Below are positions 29,203 to 40,431 of a stretch of 64,000 nt of DNA, one piece after another. Both the position numbers and the translations under genes were made by a program. Source of the stretch: an uncultured Gammaproteobacteria bacterium (lineage in GTDB: Bacteria > Pseudomonadota > Gammaproteobacteria > Arenicellales > CAJQKF01); the NCBI GenBank assembly GCA_905478855.1, contig CAJQKF010000006.1, positions 52,019 through 116,018 on the forward strand, read 5' to 3'. The notes below the pieces were generated by a model. It had not been told where the DNA came from. It saw only the letters and a program-made list of their open reading frames with translations, and made no database searches. The first letter of the stretch is position 1, and each line of letters opens with the position of its first letter.

Positions 29203-31569
29203 ATGAAATCGCGGAAAAAAACTAAAAAGAAATCAAAACGCGCGTTCAGTCGACTATTACGATACATTTTGGTTATCTTGATTGTTCTTCCACTAGGGTG
29301 GCTGATGGTCATTGATTATCAGTTGATATCACGCTTTGAACAGCGTCACTTGTCCGCTCCCACTCATGTTTATTCCCAACCTGTTGAATGGTTTTCCGGA
29401 TCGCCGGTGTCTGTAAAAACGGCGACCAATACACTCACGGCATTAGGTTATCGCAGACAAAATTCAGCTGCTGTACCGGGTCACTTTGCTATCTCGAATA
29501 ATACATTGTCATTGTATCGTCGTAAGTTTGATGCGGCGTCGGGCTCCATCTCTCAACAACAGTTCAAAATAAAATTTTCAAAATACAAAATCGAACGAAT
29601 TGAAAATGTAACTTCTACTCGTGTATCGCGTATACGGCTAGACCCCGTTGTCATTGGCACTGTGCAAAGCCGGCAACAGCAAGATCGAAAACCGGTTCGT
29701 TTACACAATGTACCTGATCTATTGCTGCAAACCTTATTGCTTATGGAAGATAGGCATTTTAGTACACATTTGGGTGTTGATCCGTGGGCCATAATGAGGG
29801 CTGTAGTTTCGAACTTGAAGTCAGGTCGTGTCACTCAAGGTGGCAGCACCATAACGCAGCAGTTGGTTAAGAATTTATTTTTATCTCCGGAGAGAAGCCT
29901 GCGTCGAAAACTGGTAGAAGCATTGTATGCAATATTATTGGAAATTCATTTTGATAAGTACGAAATACTTGAAGCTTATGTAAACGAAGTTTTTCTCGCA
30001 CAAGCGGGAATGCGAGCAATACACGGATTTGCGCTAGCAAGTGAGTTTTTTTTCGGTCGTAGTTTGGAGCAGCTTGAAATCCAGGATTTAGCATTGTTGG
30101 TTGGGATGGTTAAAGCGCCTTCAAGTTATAATCCGAGACGTAATCCAAAGCGCGCAACAGAGCGTCGTTCTGTTGTTTTAAGCGTATTAGCTGAGCAAGG
30201 GGTGATTGATAGCGGGCAGTTGGTTGCCTTACAAAATTCGCCATTGGGAGTGGTTCGGCGGGGAGAAGGTAGTTCTCGACCGTATGGAGCTTTTCTTGAC
30301 CTTGTGCGTCGGCAAATATCGGATCGAATTGGCACTCAGTCGTCGGAATTGGAGCAATTACGTGTTTGGTCTACGCTTGATATGTCCATTCAGCGAACCG
30401 TTGAACAACAGCTAAAGTCCGGTTTAGAGCATCTTGAGAAGACACGGAAAATAAAGTCAGGAACGTTGCAGGGTGCTGTTGTTGTTCAACGTGCAGAGAA
30501 CGGGCAAGTTGTTGCGGTCACTGGCGATAGAAGAGTCGGTTATCTTGGTTTTAATCGCGCACTTGATGCGAAGAGGCCAGTTGGGTCTTTACTTAAACCG
30601 GTTATTGCAGCTACGGCTTTGAGTGCACAGGGAGGCTATCATTTAAACTCGAAAATAGATGATTCTACCCTGAACTATAAACTTGATAACGGTCACTATT
30701 GGGCTCCTCAGAACTATGATAAGAAAAATCATGGAGAAGTTCCACTTATTGATGTGGTTGCTAAATCGTACAATATAGCCGCGGCCAGACTCGGATTATC
30801 TGTTGGATTAAATAACTTTGTTAATTATTTAGGAAGTATTGTAGATCTGGATATTGATCGGATTTATCCGTCGGCTTTGCTTGGTTCTCTCGAGCTGAGT
30901 CCTCTAGACGTATCTCGAATTTACTCGACATTGGCTAGTGGTGGATTGAATTTTCCGGCGCGCTCATTTACAAAAATAACGGATAATCAACAACGTACAC
31001 TATTTAATTTTCCTTCCCATGCCAAAAGAGTTCTTAATTCTGATACGCATTTTTTAGTAAATACTTTACTTCATGAGGTTGTAAGGAATGGCACAGCTAC
31101 TGCTAACTTAGGAACATTTGGCACGAGCTATAAATTATCAGGTAAAACTGGCACTACAGATGATTACCGAGATAGTTGGTTTGCAGGTTATGCCGGGAAC
31201 TACACGATCGTTGTTTGGATTGGTTTTGACGATAATCGATCGACTAAATTGTCAGGTGCATCTGGTGCTCTGGTGGTGTGGAGTGAGATTGCCAAGCGGT
31301 TACCGCTTCGCCCCGTGAATTTTGAACAACCTGAGAATATAGTACTTAGAAGAGTAAAGAATGGGGCAACAGCATCCTGTGAATTATCTCGCGTGTTACC
31401 GTTTGTGAGAGGCATTGAGCCTAAAAATGCTTCTCTTTGTCAAGCAAATGGGGAAGATGGTTCGAATGAAAACACGTCACTATTTGGAAGATTCTTAAAT
31501 AAAATTTTGAGGAGAGCACCGAAAGATAGAAATCATAATGTGCCACCGTCTAGCGAAAAAAATAAATAA
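29203..31569 (+). CDS. mrcB: penicillin-binding protein 1B (bifunctional transglycosylase/transpeptidase)
   Basis: GT51 motifs EDRHF and GGSTITQQLVKN. TPase SLLK (SxxK), SYN, KTGTT. N-terminal basic tail plus TM. 788 aa. Confidence 0.9.
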   Translation: MKSRKKTKKKSKRAFSRLLRYILVILIVLPLGWLMVIDYQLISRFEQRHLSAPTHVYSQPVEWFSGSPVSVKTATNTLTALGYRRQNSAAVPGHFAISNNTLSLYRRKFDAASGSISQQQFKIKFSKYKIERIENVTSTRVSRIRLDPVVIGTVQSRQQQDRKPVRLHNVPDLLLQTLLLMEDRHFSTHLGVDPWAIMRAVVSNLKSGRVTQGGSTITQQLVKNLFLSPERSLRRKLVEALYAILLEIHFDKYEILEAYVNEVFLAQAGMRAIHGFALASEFFFGRSLEQLEIQDLALLVGMVKAPSSYNPRRNPKRATERRSVVLSVLAEQGVIDSGQLVALQNSPLGVVRRGEGSSRPYGAFLDLVRRQISDRIGTQSSELEQLRVWSTLDMSIQRTVEQQLKSGLEHLEKTRKIKSGTLQGAVVVQRAENGQVVAVTGDRRVGYLGFNRALDAKRPVGSLLKPVIAATALSAQGGYHLNSKIDDSTLNYKLDNGHYWAPQNYDKKNHGEVPLIDVVAKSYNIAAARLGLSVGLNNFVNYLGSIVDLDIDRIYPSALLGSLELSPLDVSRIYSTLASGGLNFPARSFTKITDNQQRTLFNFPSHAKRVLNSDTHFLVNTLLHEVVRNGTATANLGTFGTSYKLSGKTGTTDDYRDSWFAGYAGNYTIVVWIGFDDNRSTKLSGASGALVVWSEIAKRLPLRPVNFEQPENIVLRRVKNGATASCELSRVLPFVRGIEPKNASLCQANGEDGSNENTSLFGRFLNKILRRAPKDRNHNVPPSSEKNK

Positions 31570-31596
31570 ACGTGATTTACTGTGAGGCTTGGGTGG

Positions 31597-32055
31597 TTAC
31601 TTACTCTTGGCTGCCAATCTGTCAGCCAAGCGCTGTAACGACTTCTTAAGCGGGTCGTGTTCGATATTCTGGGCGCTGTTGCGAACAATTCCAGCCGCCT
31701 TTTTTGATGGACGATCGGGTTTGTTGGTGTCTCGTTTACCAAAATTCTGTAGTCCGGGAGAATTATGTATTTGAAGGTTTAAGATGGAAAATCGTTTATT
31801 ATTCAAATGATTAAAAATTCTTTCCTTACGATTATGCAGCCAATTAGCCCATTGAGAACTGCTGGTATAAACTTTAAGTTCGCCACTTCGGAATAACAAT
31901 AGAGTGCAATTTTTACTAATATGCTCCGGCACTAATTTTTCAAATTCGAAAACTATCGCCTTTGTATCGTAGACGCTTGCTAATTGATCTAGCTTATTAT
32001 TTAAACCGCTATACGCCATATATCCGCGTAATGCTCTCAATCTATTGATTTTCAT
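31597..32055 (-). CDS. DUF721/DciA-like protein
   Basis: 152 aa with the ..LLLFRSGELKVYTSSSQWANWL.. pattern. Conserved position next to the M23 peptidase gene and secA, as in pseudomonads. Confidence 0.55.
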   Translation of the reverse strand: MKINRLRALRGYMAYSGLNNKLDQLASVYDTKAIVFEFEKLVPEHISKNCTLLLFRSGELKVYTSSSQWANWLHNRKERIFNHLNNKRFSILNLQIHNSPGLQNFGKRDTNKPDRPSKKAAGIVRNSAQNIEHDPLKKSLQRLADRLAAKSK

Positions 32056-32135
32056 TGTATAATCGAACGTTTTTGACTTGAGTCATTATGCATTCTGAAC
32101 TTGAATCTTGATACATTTTATTTGATTAGATAATT

Positions 32136-33089
32136 ATGCGTCTTGTAATACAAACTGACAGTGCGGAGGGAGACAAACGGATTCGTTTGAGTCTAGGTGT
32201 TGTTGTATTTGTAGTTTGCTTGTCGATTATGTTAAGTGGTGCAATTGGTCTTGTGGCGTTTCGAGTTAATGTTTTTTTGTCGAAAGATATGGATTCAGTC
32301 TTAGACGATGTTCGTGTCGTTGATCTACGTGAGCAGTTGGGTGAGCGTAGATGGGATTTAGTGGATAGAAAGGAAGAAATTTCTGACGCCAGAGATGAAA
32401 TTCAAAACCGAATTGATGGGCTTGCGGTAACTCTGGGCGAGATTCAGGCGCAGATGTTTCGGGTTAATGCACTGGGTCAACGTTTGACGGAAGTCTCTGG
32501 TTTTGATAGTGGCAGTGAATTTGATTTTACTGTCAAACCGGGAGTTGGCGGTATTTCTTCTGTTGCAGAAAGTTATGAATACCCGGAATTTCTGGCTCGA
32601 CTTGATGATGTGGCAATGCGACTCCAGCATGACGAAAATCGATTGGCTGTTCTGGAATCGCTATTGTTAGATAGTAAAATTACCCGAACCATGTTTCCTG
32701 ATGCCTGGCCAGTTGATGGTGGATGGATGTCTTCCTTATTTGGGTACCGAACAGATCCGTTCACGGGTAAGAAGGCTTTTCATGGTGGTGTGGATATAGC
32801 GGGTCGGACGGGTTCGGCAATACAGGCTGCTGCAGCCGGAGTAGTAACATATTCAGGTCGAAAACCCGGTTACGGCATGTTGGTTAAGTTACAGCACGCA
32901 GGTAATTATACGACGGTTTATGCTCATGCCGCATCATTGCTAGTGAACGTAGGGGATAAAATTAAGAAAGGACAGGCCATCGCCACCGTTGGCAGTACCG
33001 GAAGGTCGACTGGTCCCCATCTCCATTTTGAGGTTTTACAAAACTCAAAGCGAGTCGATCCGAAGAAATTCCTGGGAGCATCGAAATAA
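32136..33089 (+). CDS. M23-family metallopeptidase with N-terminal membrane anchor
   Basis: HGGVDIA...GYG..V.L.H...T.YAH...GSTGRSTGPHLHFEV (LytM-type HxxxD / HxH motifs). Confidence 0.9.
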   Translation: MRLVIQTDSAEGDKRIRLSLGVVVFVVCLSIMLSGAIGLVAFRVNVFLSKDMDSVLDDVRVVDLREQLGERRWDLVDRKEEISDARDEIQNRIDGLAVTLGEIQAQMFRVNALGQRLTEVSGFDSGSEFDFTVKPGVGGISSVAESYEYPEFLARLDDVAMRLQHDENRLAVLESLLLDSKITRTMFPDAWPVDGGWMSSLFGYRTDPFTGKKAFHGGVDIAGRTGSAIQAAAAGVVTYSGRKPGYGMLVKLQHAGNYTTVYAHAASLLVNVGDKIKKGQAIATVGSTGRSTGPHLHFEVLQNSKRVDPKKFLGASK

Positions 33090-33245
33090 TTTGTGTTTTA
33101 TCAATTTGAACACATATTCTGGGTGTTGGTCATCTTGGTGGTTGAATAGTTAACTTTAAATTTATGCGCAAGTTATTTTTTTGTAGTGTTTAGGTCGTGC
33201 TTTTCGAAAAGCACACTCGATAGATTTCAAGAGTAAAAAAAGTAA

Positions 33246-35999
33246 ATGATTGGAAAAGTTTTAACGAAAATCTTCGGCAGTCGTAATGAGCGTCAGGTCA
33301 AGAAGTACTACAAATTCGTAGAGCAAATTAATGTGCTTGAAGATAGCTTAACATCGCTATCAGATGACGAGCTTCGATCCAAAACGGCGGAGTTTAAAGA
33401 GCGCGTTGCCCAGGGTGTTGATAATGAAACCTTGTTACCAGAAACATTTGCGGTTGTAAGGGAGGCATCTAAACGAGCGCTAGGACTTCGTCATTTTGAC
33501 GCTCAGCTTGTCGGTGGTATGGTTTTGAATAAAGGCCATATTGCCGAGATGAGAACCGGTGAGGGAAAAACGCTGGTTGCTACTTTGCCTGCGTATCATA
33601 ATGCTGTGTTTGGTAAATCTGTGCACGTTATTACTGTGAATGACTATCTTGCACAACGTGACTCCGAATGGATGGGGAAACTTTATCGATTTTTAGGATT
33701 GGAGGTTGGTGTCATACTATCCGGTCAGGATCCTGTTTCAAAAAAGGCTGCGTATGCTTGTGATATTGTGTATGGGACAAATAATGAGTACGGATTTGAC
33801 TATCTGCGAGACAATATGGCGTTTACTGCGGCCGACCGTGTTCAAAGTCCGTTGGACTTCGCGATTGTAGATGAAGTCGATTCCATTCTAATTGACGAGG
33901 CACGAACTCCATTAATTATTTCGGGTCCTGCGGAAGAAAGTACACATCTATACGGCAAAATTAATAAGTTAGTACCGAGTCTTGTTCGACAGGTTGATGA
34001 AAACGACAGCGAAAACGAAGATCAAGAGGGAGCTGGTGACTATCACGTCGATGAAAAGGCCCGTCAGGTTTTTCTTACCGAATCAGGGAATGAGACCGCT
34101 GAAGGATTGTTAATAAAAGAAGGATTGTTAGACGACTCTTCCAGTTTGTATGACGTGACTAATATAAGCTTGCTTCATCATGTTAACGCTGCATTACGGG
34201 CCCATGTTCTTTTCCAGCGTGATGTTGATTATATTGTTCGTGACGACAGGGTAGTTATTATAGATGAATTTACTGGCCGCATGATGGATGGTCGGCGTTG
34301 GTCCGAAGGTCTTCACCAAGCTGTGGAGGCCAAGGAAGGCGTTACAATTCAGCAAGAAAATCAAACGCTCGCGTCGATAACGTTTCAAAATTATTTCCGT
34401 CTTTACGGTACTCTTTCAGGTATGACCGGTACTGCGGATACCGAAGCTCCTGAGTTTCTTCAAATTTACGGTCTTGAAGTTATTATCATTCCTACTAATC
34501 GTGACATGATCCGTGACGATCAGCCAGACTTGGTTTATCGAACCACAGTCGAAAAATTTGCAGCCATAGTCGAAGGAATAAAAGAATCGATTGCACGAAA
34601 CCAACCAGTTTTAGTTGGAACTGCGTCAATTGAAACCAGTGAGTATTTATCCGACCTACTTAAAAAGGATAAGGTTGAGCACAAGGTTCTTAATGCAAAG
34701 CATCACGAGAGTGAGGCACAAATTGTTGCTGAAGCGGGCAGACCTGGAGCGGTTACCATAGCAACTAATATGGCGGGTCGTGGTACCGATATCGTGTTGG
34801 GTGGCAATTTGGAACTGGAGTTAGCTGTGTTGGGCGATGATGACGACCCAGAAGAAGTCCGACGGAAGTGGCAAGAACGACATGACGATGTACTCTCCAA
34901 TGGTGGATTGCACGTCCTTGGTACAGAACGTAATGAATCAAGACGTGTGGATAATCAGTTGCGTGGTCGGAGTGGTCGACAAGGTGATGCAGGTTCTAGT
35001 CGTTTTTATCTGTCAATGGAAGACAGTCTTATGCGTATATTTGGCTCTGAACGCGTGGCGGGTCTAATGCAAAAGCTCGGCATGGAAGATGGAGAAGCGA
35101 TCGAACATCCATGGGTTACAAGAGCGATTGAGAATAGTCAGAAGAAAGTTGAGGGCCGTAACTTTGATATTCGAAAACAACTATTAGAGTATGACGATGT
35201 TGCTAACGAACAGCGAAAGGTCGTTTACAGCCAACGCGATGAGTTGATGAAAGTAGAAGATATTTCGGATCACATTGAATCTATGCGTGGCGATGTAATT
35301 TCCGGTGTTGTTGATACTTATCTACCGCCGGAAAGCATTGAGGAACAATGGGATATTCCCGAGCTTGAAAAATCTATTGAAGCTTCTTTTGGTGTTCAAG
35401 TTCACATAGGCGAATGGTTAAAAAGCGATGAATTACTGCATGAGGAAAGCCTACGGGCAAAAATTCATGATGTAATTCTCGAGACTTATAAAGAGAAGGA
35501 ACAGAATGTCGGTACGGAAGTCTTGCGGCATTTGGAAAAAGCCGTAATGCTGCGTGTGCTTGATGATCAATGGAAAGAGCATCTTGCTAGCATGGATCAT
35601 CTACGACAGGGAATTGGTTTGCGTGGATACGCACAAAAGAACCCTAAGCAGGAATATAAACGCGAATCTTTTGAGATGTTTCAGGATATGTTATCTCGGG
35701 TGAGGCATGACGTAATAACCATACTTTCCCGTATCCAGATACAGGCAGAGTCAGAAGTGAGTAATTTTGAGAATCAACGTCGTTCTGACTCTACCCAAAT
35801 GGAATATGTTCATGAGGAAGCTCCTGAGGCAACGGCTCCACCTGTGGAAGAGGAGAACGAGCGAGTTGAGCTAAGACCAAGAGATCCGGCTCCTGATCCT
35901 GTCCAGACATTTGTTCGTGACGGACGAAAGGTTGGGCGAAATGAAGCATGTCCATGTGGTTCTGGCAAAAAATTTAAGCAGTGTCATGGCAAACTCTAA
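33246..35999 (+). CDS. secA: preprotein translocase ATPase SecA
   Basis: [21 protein letters not shown].., Walker [29 protein letters not shown]-terminal Zn finger [14 protein letters not shown]. 917 aa. Confidence 0.98.
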   Translation: MIGKVLTKIFGSRNERQVKKYYKFVEQINVLEDSLTSLSDDELRSKTAEFKERVAQGVDNETLLPETFAVVREASKRALGLRHFDAQLVGGMVLNKGHIAEMRTGEGKTLVATLPAYHNAVFGKSVHVITVNDYLAQRDSEWMGKLYRFLGLEVGVILSGQDPVSKKAAYACDIVYGTNNEYGFDYLRDNMAFTAADRVQSPLDFAIVDEVDSILIDEARTPLIISGPAEESTHLYGKINKLVPSLVRQVDENDSENEDQEGAGDYHVDEKARQVFLTESGNETAEGLLIKEGLLDDSSSLYDVTNISLLHHVNAALRAHVLFQRDVDYIVRDDRVVIIDEFTGRMMDGRRWSEGLHQAVEAKEGVTIQQENQTLASITFQNYFRLYGTLSGMTGTADTEAPEFLQIYGLEVIIIPTNRDMIRDDQPDLVYRTTVEKFAAIVEGIKESIARNQPVLVGTASIETSEYLSDLLKKDKVEHKVLNAKHHESEAQIVAEAGRPGAVTIATNMAGRGTDIVLGGNLELELAVLGDDDDPEEVRRKWQERHDDVLSNGGLHVLGTERNESRRVDNQLRGRSGRQGDAGSSRFYLSMEDSLMRIFGSERVAGLMQKLGMEDGEAIEHPWVTRAIENSQKKVEGRNFDIRKQLLEYDDVANEQRKVVYSQRDELMKVEDISDHIESMRGDVISGVVDTYLPPESIEEQWDIPELEKSIEASFGVQVHIGEWLKSDELLHEESLRAKIHDVILETYKEKEQNVGTEVLRHLEKAVMLRVLDDQWKEHLASMDHLRQGIGLRGYAQKNPKQEYKRESFEMFQDMLSRVRHDVITILSRIQIQAESEVSNFENQRRSDSTQMEYVHEEAPEATAPPVEEENERVELRPRDPAPDPVQTFVRDGRKVGRNEACPCGSGKKFKQCHGKL

Positions 36000-37221
36000 A
36001 CTATCGCCTTTGGCCCCTGTTTGTTTTCCGCCTTTGCCTAAGGTTAAAGGAGTTAAATTAAGTGTGGCAAAGGCTGGAATAAAATATCAAGATCGCACTG
36101 ATTTATGGCTCGCAGTTTTTACTCATGCAGCTGAGGTGGCCGGTGTCTTTACCAAATCTAAAACGTCGTCAGCACCGGTGGATTGGTGTAGGTCAATCTT
36201 AGGCGGTAGGCCTGCCAAGGCTGTTCTGGTTAATTCTGGTAATGCAAATGCGTTTACGGGAAGTGCCGGTTGGGATGCTGTTGAAAGTATTGCCAGTTCA
36301 GCCGGAAGATTACTTCAGTGTGACTCTAATGAAATCTATCTGGCATCTACTGGCGTGATTGGAGAGACTTTGCCATTCGAAAGAGTGAACTCGGCATTAG
36401 TCCAACTGGTTGGTGAATCTGCAGAATTCAATTGGGAAGACAGCGCCCGTGCAATCATGACAACGGATACTTTTCCAAAAGGCTCTGGTGGTCAGTTTGA
36501 GCTGGATGAGCAGCAAATTTCGATTGCTGGCATAGCAAAAGGGTCAGGTATGATCGAGCCGGATATGGCTACGATGCTTGGATTTATTGTTACCGATATT
36601 GATATATCGAAAAGTTTGTTGCAGCAGTGTTTGAGTGAACTGGTCACTGATAGTTTTAATTCGATTACTGTTGATAGTGATACGTCAACCAGCGACACAG
36701 TGCTTGTTTTTGCAACGGGTGCTGCTGGTAATGCACTGATAACCCGTGAAACTGATCACGGATACGCCGAATTTAGAAACCATCTGGCCCGGGTAATGAA
36801 GGATTTAGCCGTGCAGATTGTAAGAGATGGCGAAGGCGCATCCAAGTTGATAACAGTTGATGTTAATGGTGCAGAGGATAATGAAGCGGCGCGAGTCATT
36901 GCAAAATCTATAGCAAACTCGCCACTTGTAAAGACGGCTATCGCGGGAGAAGATGCCAATTGGGGGCGAGTCGTCATGGCGGTTGGAAAAGCCGGTGAAA
37001 AGGCCGATAGAGATAAGTTATGTATATCTATGGGCGGTATTTTAATCGCTGAGAATGGCGCAGCGGTAGATACGTTTGATGAGTCATTCTTAACAGAACA
37101 CTTACAATCTCGCGAGATTACCATTTTGGTGGAATTGGGCATTGGAGATGGTTATTCAAGAGTTTGGGGCTGCGATTTAACTCACGACTACATTAGGATT
37201 AATGCTGATTACCGATCGTGA
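35986..37221 (+). CDS. argJ: bifunctional glutamate N-acetyltransferase / amino-acid acetyltransferase ArgJ
   Basis: ..[23 protein letters not shown].. contains the autoproteolytic ATML site. ATG at 35986 (overlapping the secA end) preferred over 35911. Confidence 0.9.
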   Translation: MANSKLSPLAPVCFPPLPKVKGVKLSVAKAGIKYQDRTDLWLAVFTHAAEVAGVFTKSKTSSAPVDWCRSILGGRPAKAVLVNSGNANAFTGSAGWDAVESIASSAGRLLQCDSNEIYLASTGVIGETLPFERVNSALVQLVGESAEFNWEDSARAIMTTDTFPKGSGGQFELDEQQISIAGIAKGSGMIEPDMATMLGFIVTDIDISKSLLQQCLSELVTDSFNSITVDSDTSTSDTVLVFATGAAGNALITRETDHGYAEFRNHLARVMKDLAVQIVRDGEGASKLITVDVNGAEDNEAARVIAKSIANSPLVKTAIAGEDANWGRVVMAVGKAGEKADRDKLCISMGGILIAENGAAVDTFDESFLTEHLQSREITILVELGIGDGYSRVWGCDLTHDYIRINADYRS

Positions 37222-37607
37222 AAAAGATCTTTGCTGTCGTAGGGGTCCTTATTAATCCCGAGGGTAAGTTACTTGTTGCTGAACGACCCGAACATACTAT
37301 CAGTGCGGGTAAATGGGAATTTCCAGGCGGAAAAATTGAATCATTTGAAAATGCTAGCGACGCCCTTAAAAGGGAATTGTATGAAGAATTGGGAGTTCTG
37401 GTTGTCGACACCACACATTTGTTAAATTTTTCCAATTCATTTTCCGATCGTGAGGTGCAAATTAATGTATGTCTTGTAAATAATTGGCAAAATGAACCGT
37501 ATGGTGCCGAGGGGCAAAAGGTACGTTGGGTATCTACGTGTGAAATTTTGGAGTTAGATTTTCTGCCCGGCTTAGGCGAAATATTAAATGCTATACGCTC
37601 TGTGTAG
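37218..37607 (+). CDS. mutT: Nudix hydrolase, MutT-like (8-oxo-dGTP diphosphatase)
   Basis: Nudix box GKWEFPGGKIESFENASDALKRELYEELGV. GTG start overlaps the argJ stop (GTGA). Confidence 0.8.
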   Translation: MKKIFAVVGVLINPEGKLLVAERPEHTISAGKWEFPGGKIESFENASDALKRELYEELGVLVVDTTHLLNFSNSFSDREVQINVCLVNNWQNEPYGAEGQKVRWVSTCEILELDFLPGLGEILNAIRSV

Positions 37608-37624
37608 ACATAGTCGAATAATTT

Positions 37625-38236
37625 TTACTGTTTAATTTTTCGAGCGAGCTGTAAGTATTTTGAATGGAGTTGTTTCACTTTAGACGTCAATAGATCAACC
37701 GTACTATCATTGATTAGAATGTCATCAGCTACTGCTAGTCTTTGTTCTTGGGAAATCTGGGAAGCGAATATGGCGTCAATATCGTAATCAGTTAATCCAC
37801 TGCGTTTTTTTATCCACTGCCGACGCAATTCTTCCTCGGCGTCAATAACTAAAATCCGATCAACGCGTGCTCGAGGAGTGCCGCCTTCAATCAGTAATGG
37901 AATAGAAAATATGCAATATGGATCTATGCACTCTTTTGCTCTGTTGTCCATTTCGCCTTTAATCAGTGGGTGAAGTATGGATTCCAATAGCATTTTCTTA
38001 GCCGGATTAGAAAAGACGAGTTTCCGCATTTTGTTTCGGTCTAATTGACCATCCCGCACATACTCTGTCCCAAAAGCTTCAGATATTAGCTTTAAGGTAG
38101 GATGGTTTTTTCTGGTTAATTGATGTGATATCTCGTCAGCATCAATGATGGTTACCCCTAGCGCTTTGAAGGCATTGGAGACTGTGGTTTTACCTGAACC
38201 TATTCCACCGGTCAGGCCGACTATAAAACATGTCAT
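37625..38236 (-). CDS. coaE: dephospho-CoA kinase
   Basis: MTCFIVGLTGGIGSGKT P-loop. ATG at 38236 follows the pilD stop with a 1-nt gap. Confidence 0.9.
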   Translation of the reverse strand: MTCFIVGLTGGIGSGKTTVSNAFKALGVTIIDADEISHQLTRKNHPTLKLISEAFGTEYVRDGQLDRNKMRKLVFSNPAKKMLLESILHPLIKGEMDNRAKECIDPYCIFSIPLLIEGGTPRARVDRILVIDAEEELRRQWIKKRSGLTDYDIDAIFASQISQEQRLAVADDILINDSTVDLLTSKVKQLHSKYLQLARKIKQ

Positions 38237-38237
38237 C

Positions 38238-39083
38238 CTAAAAGAGTCGGGAGAAATTAAAAAAACCATTCATAAATGATTCCTCCCAGAACATCATTAA
38301 CCATCCTGATATGGCTAAAAAAGGACCAAAGGGTATTGGATGATCCTTTCCTTTTTTGGCGACCATAAGATAAATACCGCCCACTATTGCTCCAACACAG
38401 GAGCCTATAAGAACAATTAAGGGCACTGTTTGCCAACCCATCCACGCGCCTAATGCTGCTACAAGTTTAAAGTCTCCATAGCCTAATCCTTCTTTACCTG
38501 TCACTATTCGAAAAATATGAAACAGCAGCCATAGTGATAAATAACCGACTGTTGCGCCGATTACGGCATCATGTAAGTTAACGAATTCATTGTTGAGATT
38601 TACCAACAAACCTAACCAAAGTAATGGTAATGTGATTATATCGGGAAGAAGATAATGTTCTATATCAATGAATATAAGAGCCAACAATGCATAACTGAAC
38701 ACCAAAATGGCGAATAACTGAAAGTTGCTGGTCGCTTGTATAACAGCGAATACCGCAATAATCGCTGCCAAAATCTCCACTACTGGATAACGGAGTGAAA
38801 TCGGCTTTCCGCAACCTGCACACTTACCGCCAATGAGTAGAAAACCGATTACTGGTATATTGTGCCAGGGATTTATTGGGGCTTTACAATGTGTGCAAGC
38901 GGAGGACGGTCGTGTTAAATCGAATGGCTCACCATACGCATCGTTACTGGTTTGGTATGCTCGTTCTATCATTATCGGAAGACGATATATCACGACGTTT
39001 AAAAAACTACCGAAGCACAGTCCGAAGATAACCGCCATTGATATAATGAACCAAGGCTCAACCGAACTAAAAAGCGTAATCAT
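38238..39083 (-). CDS. pilD: prepilin leader peptidase / N-methyltransferase
   Basis: A24 peptidase with Cys cluster CTHCKAPI...CAGCGKPI, GYGDFKL active-site Asp motif, multi-TM. Confidence 0.95.
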   Translation of the reverse strand: MITLFSSVEPWFIISMAVIFGLCFGSFLNVVIYRLPIMIERAYQTSNDAYGEPFDLTRPSSACTHCKAPINPWHNIPVIGFLLIGGKCAGCGKPISLRYPVVEILAAIIAVFAVIQATSNFQLFAILVFSYALLALIFIDIEHYLLPDIITLPLLWLGLLVNLNNEFVNLHDAVIGATVGYLSLWLLFHIFRIVTGKEGLGYGDFKLVAALGAWMGWQTVPLIVLIGSCVGAIVGGIYLMVAKKGKDHPIPFGPFLAISGWLMMFWEESFMNGFFNFSRLF

Positions 39084-39128
39084 ACGAATTTAAGCTGTTA
39101 AATAAACCCATTAGAAGGATTATTTTTA

Positions 39129-40349
39129 TTAGAAAGCTGCAGCAAGTTTGAATATCGGCAAATACATAGCGACAACAATTGTGCCAACAATGCCACCGAG
39201 TAAAACAATCATAATCGGTTCGATAAGACTGCTCATAGCATCCACTGCGTCGTTAACCTCATTTTCAAAATAGTCGGATGTTTTATTTAACATGGATTCC
39301 AATTCCCCGGTCTCTTCCCCGGTGGCAACCATTTGTAACACCATAGATGGGAAGAGTTTGGTCTGAGCCATTGAGGCCTCCAGTGGTCTGCCTGTGCTAA
39401 CATCCCGACGAATTTGGTAGGTGGCATTGTAGTACACCTGATTTCCACTTGCCCCAGCTACTGCACCTAAAGCGTCAACCAATGGGACGCCAGCTCCAAA
39501 CATTGTCGCCAACGTTCTGCAAAACCGTGCAACCGTTGCTTTTCGTAAAACCGGACCAAATATCGGCAGGTGGAGAATTATACGATCCATCATAAATTGC
39601 ATTTTTGCAGAACGTTTGTAAATATATCGCAGAACGATGAAACCGATCGCAAGGTATGCCATAAAAAAATACCAATACTCTTGAAACCACCTGGAGCAGT
39701 CCAGCATAAATCGGGTTAGGGTCGGTAAGCCGGCTCCGAAACTGTTAAATAGTTTCTCGAACTCTGGGATTACAAAAAGCATCATAATCGCGATGATGGT
39801 GATGGCCACGAAGATCACCATTAGGGGATAGAACATGGCGGCTTTAATTTTTCCTTTGATTTCCTCAATGCGCTCCAAGTAAGAAGCCACTTTCATCATT
39901 AAGTGATCTAGTGTGCCGGACTCCTCTCCTACTGAAACTAAATTTACATAAAGCCGATCGAAATGGCCTGGGTATCTTCGAATAGCACCGCTAAAATTCA
40001 TACCACTTTCGACATCACGTCTAATCTTAGTGAGCATTTCACCTAGACGGGGATTATCCGAGCCCTTGGAAATTGCAGCTATTGACTGGGCAATTGGAAT
40101 ACCTGCCGCTATCAATGTAGCTATTTGTCGACTAACCAATGCTATATCTTTAGGTTTAACAGGCTTGGCAAAAAAACTACCTTGTCTGGGTTTCTTTCGA
40201 ACCTTAGTAACCGTGATACCTTGTCGACGTAAAAGTGTTTTTACAAAAGCGGGAGTAGGACCTTCCTGTTCACCCGAAATAACCCGTTTTCGACTATCAA
40301 GTCCATTCCATAAATATGTCTGGAGGTTTTTACTAGAACTTCTTGCCAT
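39129..40349 (-). CDS. pilC: type IV pilus platform protein PilC (GspF family)
   Basis: Duplicated GspF domains. 406 aa. pilB-pilC-pilD order. Confidence 0.95.
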   Translation of the reverse strand: MARSSSKNLQTYLWNGLDSRKRVISGEQEGPTPAFVKTLLRRQGITVTKVRKKPRQGSFFAKPVKPKDIALVSRQIATLIAAGIPIAQSIAAISKGSDNPRLGEMLTKIRRDVESGMNFSGAIRRYPGHFDRLYVNLVSVGEESGTLDHLMMKVASYLERIEEIKGKIKAAMFYPLMVIFVAITIIAIMMLFVIPEFEKLFNSFGAGLPTLTRFMLDCSRWFQEYWYFFMAYLAIGFIVLRYIYKRSAKMQFMMDRIILHLPIFGPVLRKATVARFCRTLATMFGAGVPLVDALGAVAGASGNQVYYNATYQIRRDVSTGRPLEASMAQTKLFPSMVLQMVATGEETGELESMLNKTSDYFENEVNDAVDAMSSLIEPIMIVLLGGIVGTIVVAMYLPIFKLAAAF

Positions 40350-40431
40350 ATTGAATTTTTAATGCCGTTTGATTTTTATTGTAACAGATAATTACTCGTG
40401 TTCTGGAGTTTCTTCTTTTCGCGAGCGGGAG

